Assembly (NCBI RefSeq): GCF_963668515.2
Contig: NZ_OY764863.2
Location: forward strand, 496,719-560,718
DNA: 64,000 nt
Direction of reading: 5' to 3'
Source of the DNA: an uncultured Ilyobacter sp.
Lineage (GTDB): Bacteria; Fusobacteriota; Fusobacteriia; Fusobacteriales; Fusobacteriaceae
A program made the translations under genes and the position numbers. Each line of letters opens with the position of its first letter. The first letter of the stretch is position 1. Shown here piece by piece: positions 60,762 through 64,000 of the stretch. Below the pieces are notes generated by a model, which worked only from the letters and a program-made list of their open reading frames with translations, had not been told where the DNA came from and searched no databases.

Positions 60762-61337
60762 CTAGCATACAAATACATAGGTATGTGACTCTGTAATAAG
60801 TCCATTTATCCTTTTATCGTGCTCCTCTGTTGGCACTTCATCCACCATCTGAACATTATATCCTAAAGCCACCTTAGGGATCTCTTTTTCCATACTACTA
60901 AAGAATTTATCATAAAATCCTCCTCCATAGCCTATTCTGTAACCGTTTATATCAAACCCCACTCCTGGAACCACTACTAAGTCTATCTCCTCCACAGCAG
61001 CTCTTGATTTTTCCTCAGAAGGTTCTAGTATTCCATAGTAACCCTCCTTTAGGTCGTTCATACTCTCTATTTTAAATACTTCCATCTCTTTGTCTTTTGA
61101 ATTTATTTTGGGAACGCATACATTTTTTCCGTCAGTTATAGCTTTTTCTATTATTTTATGAGTATTTACCTCACTTCCAAAGCTTACAAATATAAAAATG
61201 GTTTCTGCATTTTTGTAAAAAATACTTTTTGTAAAATTTTTAAATATATCTTCATCTAGATTTTCTTTTTGGGTTGAACTTAACTGATCTCTTCTCTCTA
61301 AAAGGATCTTTCTCATCTCTGTTTTCTTTTTTTTCAT
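60762..61337 (-). CDS. 5-formyltetrahydrofolate cyclo-ligase
   Basis: IDLVVVPGVGFD...RIGYGGGFYD and HDKRI motifs. Confidence 0.93.
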   Translation of the reverse strand: MKKKKTEMRKILLERRDQLSSTQKENLDEDIFKNFTKSIFYKNAETIFIFVSFGSEVNTHKIIEKAITDGKNVCVPKINSKDKEMEVFKIESMNDLKEGYYGILEPSEEKSRAAVEEIDLVVVPGVGFDINGYRIGYGGGFYDKFFSSMEKEIPKVALGYNVQMVDEVPTEEHDKRINGLITESHTYVFVC

Positions 61338-61547
61338 AGTTTCCTCCACCCATCTTTAGATTTCATAAAAAAGATTTTCTTATCACTTATTATAGCTTTT
61401 TTTTATAAAAAAACAAAACAAAACTTGTCAGACCAATTGCGTACCCCTATATTACTAATATTCCTCTCTCTGTTTCTGTTAATTTTCCACTACCTTATTT
61501 TCTACCATTATTAAAATTTATAAAAGAAATTAAACCTTTGGGATAAT

Positions 61548-61996
61548 TAACTCAAGTTGCTACTTGAAAGAAATTCTGACAAATTACTGAATTTATAAGA
61601 ATATTAGAATCAAAAGATTTTGTCACGAATGGACACTAATAAAAGATAGGGAAATTAACACGAATAAGGATAAAATCTTTTGGCCACAGAGGACGCAGAG
61701 AAAAAGCAGGAGTTTCACAGAGTTAAAACCAAAACTATAAATACCTTCTTTTGCGAGAGGTTTTTATCTCTTTTCCCTTGCCATTGATAAAATCAGCGTT
61801 AAGAATAACCGCAGTGAAATCCTTAGAAAAAATCGACTGTTTGAGCGTAGCGAGTTTCGAGTTTTTCTTGGATTTTCAAGGTTATTTAGCTGATTTTTCA
61901 TAGGCTTGAACTTTTGGTTACTTTTCTTTCAAGAGAAAAGTAACGAATCCCGATAAATTCAATACTTTAATTTAATAAAGGTAGCAACTTAGGTTA
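61548..61996. mobile_element. MITE-like repeat, copy 2 (449 bp)
   Basis: TIR TAACTCAAGTTGCTAC / GTAGCAACTTAGGTTA, flanked by AT...AT. Colinear with copy 1. Confidence 0.8.
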
Positions 61997-61998
61997 AT

Positions 61999-62604
61999 TA
62001 ACTCAAGTTGCTACTTGAAAGAAATTCTGACAAACTACTGAATTTATCTGAATATCAGAATCAAAAGATTTTGTCACGAATGGGCACTAATAAAAGATAG
62101 AGAAATTAACACGAATAATAAAAAAACCTTTTGCTCACAGAGGACGCAGAGAAAAAGAGGGAGTTTCACAGAGTAAAAATCAAACTATAGATGCTTTCTT
62201 TTGCGAGAGGTTTTTTTATCCCTTTTCCCGTACTATCGATAAAATCAGAATTAAGAATAGTCAAAAATTAAGGAATAACTGTGCACATGTTTTTAATTTA
62301 GGCTTATATCATTTTTTGTCTTTTGAATTTTCAAGTCGCAGAGCTTATACAGGAAATAACCTGCACTCAGCCGTCCTACAGAATAAGTTAAGGGAGTTCA
62401 AGGAGCGTCAGCGACTATGAAACACCTTATCCAGTGGATGAGCAGGGAACCGAGGACTGTAGCTCACAAAGGCGTTAAAAGAAATATCTACTCACTAGAC
62501 GTTTGAAAATTCTTGACCTTTTGGTTACTTTTCTGTCAAGAGAAAAGTAACAGTGCTTGTAAATTCAATACTTTAATTTGAAATAAAAGTAGCAACTTAG
62601 GTTA
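61999..62604. mobile_element. MITE-like repeat, copy 3 (606 bp, different central module), in tandem with copy 2
   Basis: Same TIRs and outer modules as copy 2, separated from it by exactly AT. The central segment is replaced by a longer unrelated one. Confidence 0.8.
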
Positions 62605-62605
62605 A

Positions 62606-62666
62606 TATATTAAAGGAGGGTGACCTAAGTAGAAAAACTACTTTTAGGTCACCCTCTTTTAATATA
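62606..62666. terminator. Long inverted repeat / terminator
   Basis: TATATTAAAGGAGGGTGACCTAA...TTAGGTCACCCTCTTTTAATATA, 23-bp near-perfect stem. Confidence 0.7.
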
Positions 62667-62764
62667 ATCAAAGTAAATGTCAAAAAAGCTCAAAATAAAG
62701 ATCTTCCCTCTGCTGGTGTCCAAAGGAGACAATATATCGTAAAAATCAGTTATAAGTAAAATAT

Positions 62765-62810
62765 AAAAAAGCACCCCTTATGCCTCCTGTATAGAGGTAT
62801 AGGGGTGGTT
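62765..62810 (-). terminator. Terminator after the small CxxC ORF
   Basis: Minus strand CACCCCT...AGGGGTG stem followed by CTTTTTT. Confidence 0.7.
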
Positions 62811-62865
62811 AATGTTTAAATTTTCTATTTTGAGATTCATTAATATCTAGGGCATCATGAGACTT

Positions 62866-63024
62866 CTATGAAACCTTTTGTTGAGATCCATTTGTAAGCT
62901 TCTGTTCTGACAGTTTTTGTGACTCAAGTACTTCTTTAGATAGCTCCTTGGCCATTTTTTTAAACTTTACTATACAGGCTGAACAGTTTGTGACCAATCC
63001 CTCTTCAATACATTTTTTGCACAT
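62866..63024 (-). CDS. Small protein with two CxxC motifs (52 aa)
   Basis: GGAGGT RBS before MCKKCIEEGLVTNCSAC... Confidence 0.55.
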   Translation of the reverse strand: MCKKCIEEGLVTNCSACIVKFKKMAKELSKEVLESQKLSEQKLTNGSQQKVS

Positions 63025-63143
63025 TATCGACACCTCCAAATGGCTCATGCCATTTATCTTAAATTATAAAATTAATATCGGCCATAGACTCTTAGAATAA
63101 ATTTTCTTTTTATAAAAACAGTTACCTTTATATATTGTTTCTA

Positions 63144-64000
63144 TTAATAGTCCCCTTGGGATATCATAGCGTTTGCAACTTTTTCAAAGCCTGCAATATT
63201 TGCACCGGCCACCAGATTGTATCCAAATCCATACTTTTCAGAAGCATTAGCTGCTGTATTGTGGATGTTGATCATGATGTCCATTAGTTTTTTATCTACT
63301 TCGTCTTCATTCCAAGAAATCCTCATTGAGTTTTGACACATTTCAAGGGCTGATGTTGCAACTCCTCCAGCATTTGCAGCTTTAGCTGGTCCAACAATGA
63401 CACTGTTTTCCTGAAGATATGCAATGGCCTCATTGGTAGTTGGCATATTAGATCCCTCTATGATAAATTTAACTCCATTTTTAACTATCTTTTTTGCGTC
63501 CTCTATACTGATCTCATTTTGAGTGGCACACGGGATAACGATATCAACTTCTACTCCCCATGGTTTCTCTTTTGGAAAAAATTCCACTCCAAATTTATCT
63601 GCATAATCTTTCACTATATCTCTTCCTGAAGATCTCATCTCAAGTATATAGTCGATCTTTTCGTCAGTTATAATACCCTCAGGGTCGTATACATAGCCGT
63701 CAGGACCTGAGATCGTCACAACCTTCCCTCCGAGATCTCTTATTTTAAGACATGTTCCCCAGGTTACATTTCCAAATCCCGATAGTGCAACAGTTTTCCC
63801 TTCAAAATTTTCTCCCTGATACTTTAGTATCTCATTTGCAAAATAAACTATCCCATATCCTGTAGCTTCAGGACGTACATGAGAGCCTCCATAAGGAATT
63901 CCCTTTCCTGTTATGGTTCCGTTTTCAAAAGATCCTCTTATTCTTCTGTACTGTCCATAAAGATAACCTATCTCTTTCCCCCCTACCCCTATATCTCCCG
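63144..64000 (-). CDS. gdhA: Glutamate dehydrogenase, NADP-type (5' partial; continues beyond the window)
   Basis: Frame is open to the window edge: GDIGVGGKEIG...RPEATGYG...SGFGNV...PCATQNE...KAANAGGVA. Confidence 0.95.
   Translation of the reverse strand, partial: GDIGVGGKEIGYLYGQYRRIRGSFENGTITGKGIPYGGSHVRPEATGYGIVYFANEILKYQGENFEGKTVALSGFGNVTWGTCLKIRDLGGKVVTISGPDGYVYDPEGIITDEKIDYILEMRSSGRDIVKDYADKFGVEFFPKEKPWGVEVDIVIPCATQNEISIEDAKKIVKNGVKFIIEGSNMPTTNEAIAYLQENSVIVGPAKAANAGGVATSALEMCQNSMRISWNEDEVDKKLMDIMINIHNTAANASEKYGFGYNLVAGANIAGFEKVANAMISQGDY

Noticed and set aside
61340-62860. 6S RNA, expected from ssrS-ygfA synteny
   Set aside because: No ~180-nt rod-like fold with a central bubble was recognisable by eye. 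A covariance search is needed.

Overview
Low-GC anaerobic bacterial chromosome segment, probably from a free-living Fusobacteriia member (inferred from gene style plus a Gram-negative RND/TolC system; not verified). In order: the end of a type I-B CRISPR-Cas locus (cas1, cas2, leader, about 146 identical 30-bp repeats), closed by an IS3-family element that splits the terminal repeat and removes the stop codon of a convergent MATE gene; an accessory region (marR-MATE, rraA-like, Na+/solute symporter, Crp/Fnr regulator, RND efflux operon, nitroreductase, cupin, CPBP protease, 2H phosphoesterase, extensin-like peptidase, PAS-GGDEF-EAL) that includes two apparent deletion-fusion chimeric ORFs; a type I restriction-modification locus carrying five inserted cargo genes plus a downstream PC4-like gene, next to tRNA-Sec, selA and selB; an argC-argJ-carA-carB-argB-argD-argF operon; 5-formyl-THF cyclo-ligase; and the 3' part of gdhA. 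The best novelty candidate is an unannotated 19-aa leader peptide with four AGG Arg codons followed by two terminators upstream of argC, which looks like ribosome-mediated arginine attenuation. Also notable: a modular 450-600 bp MITE-like element (3 copies), sequence scars of cassette insertion in the R-M locus, and a small Crp/Fnr-type regulon. Everything was read by eye; no searches or folding programs were run.
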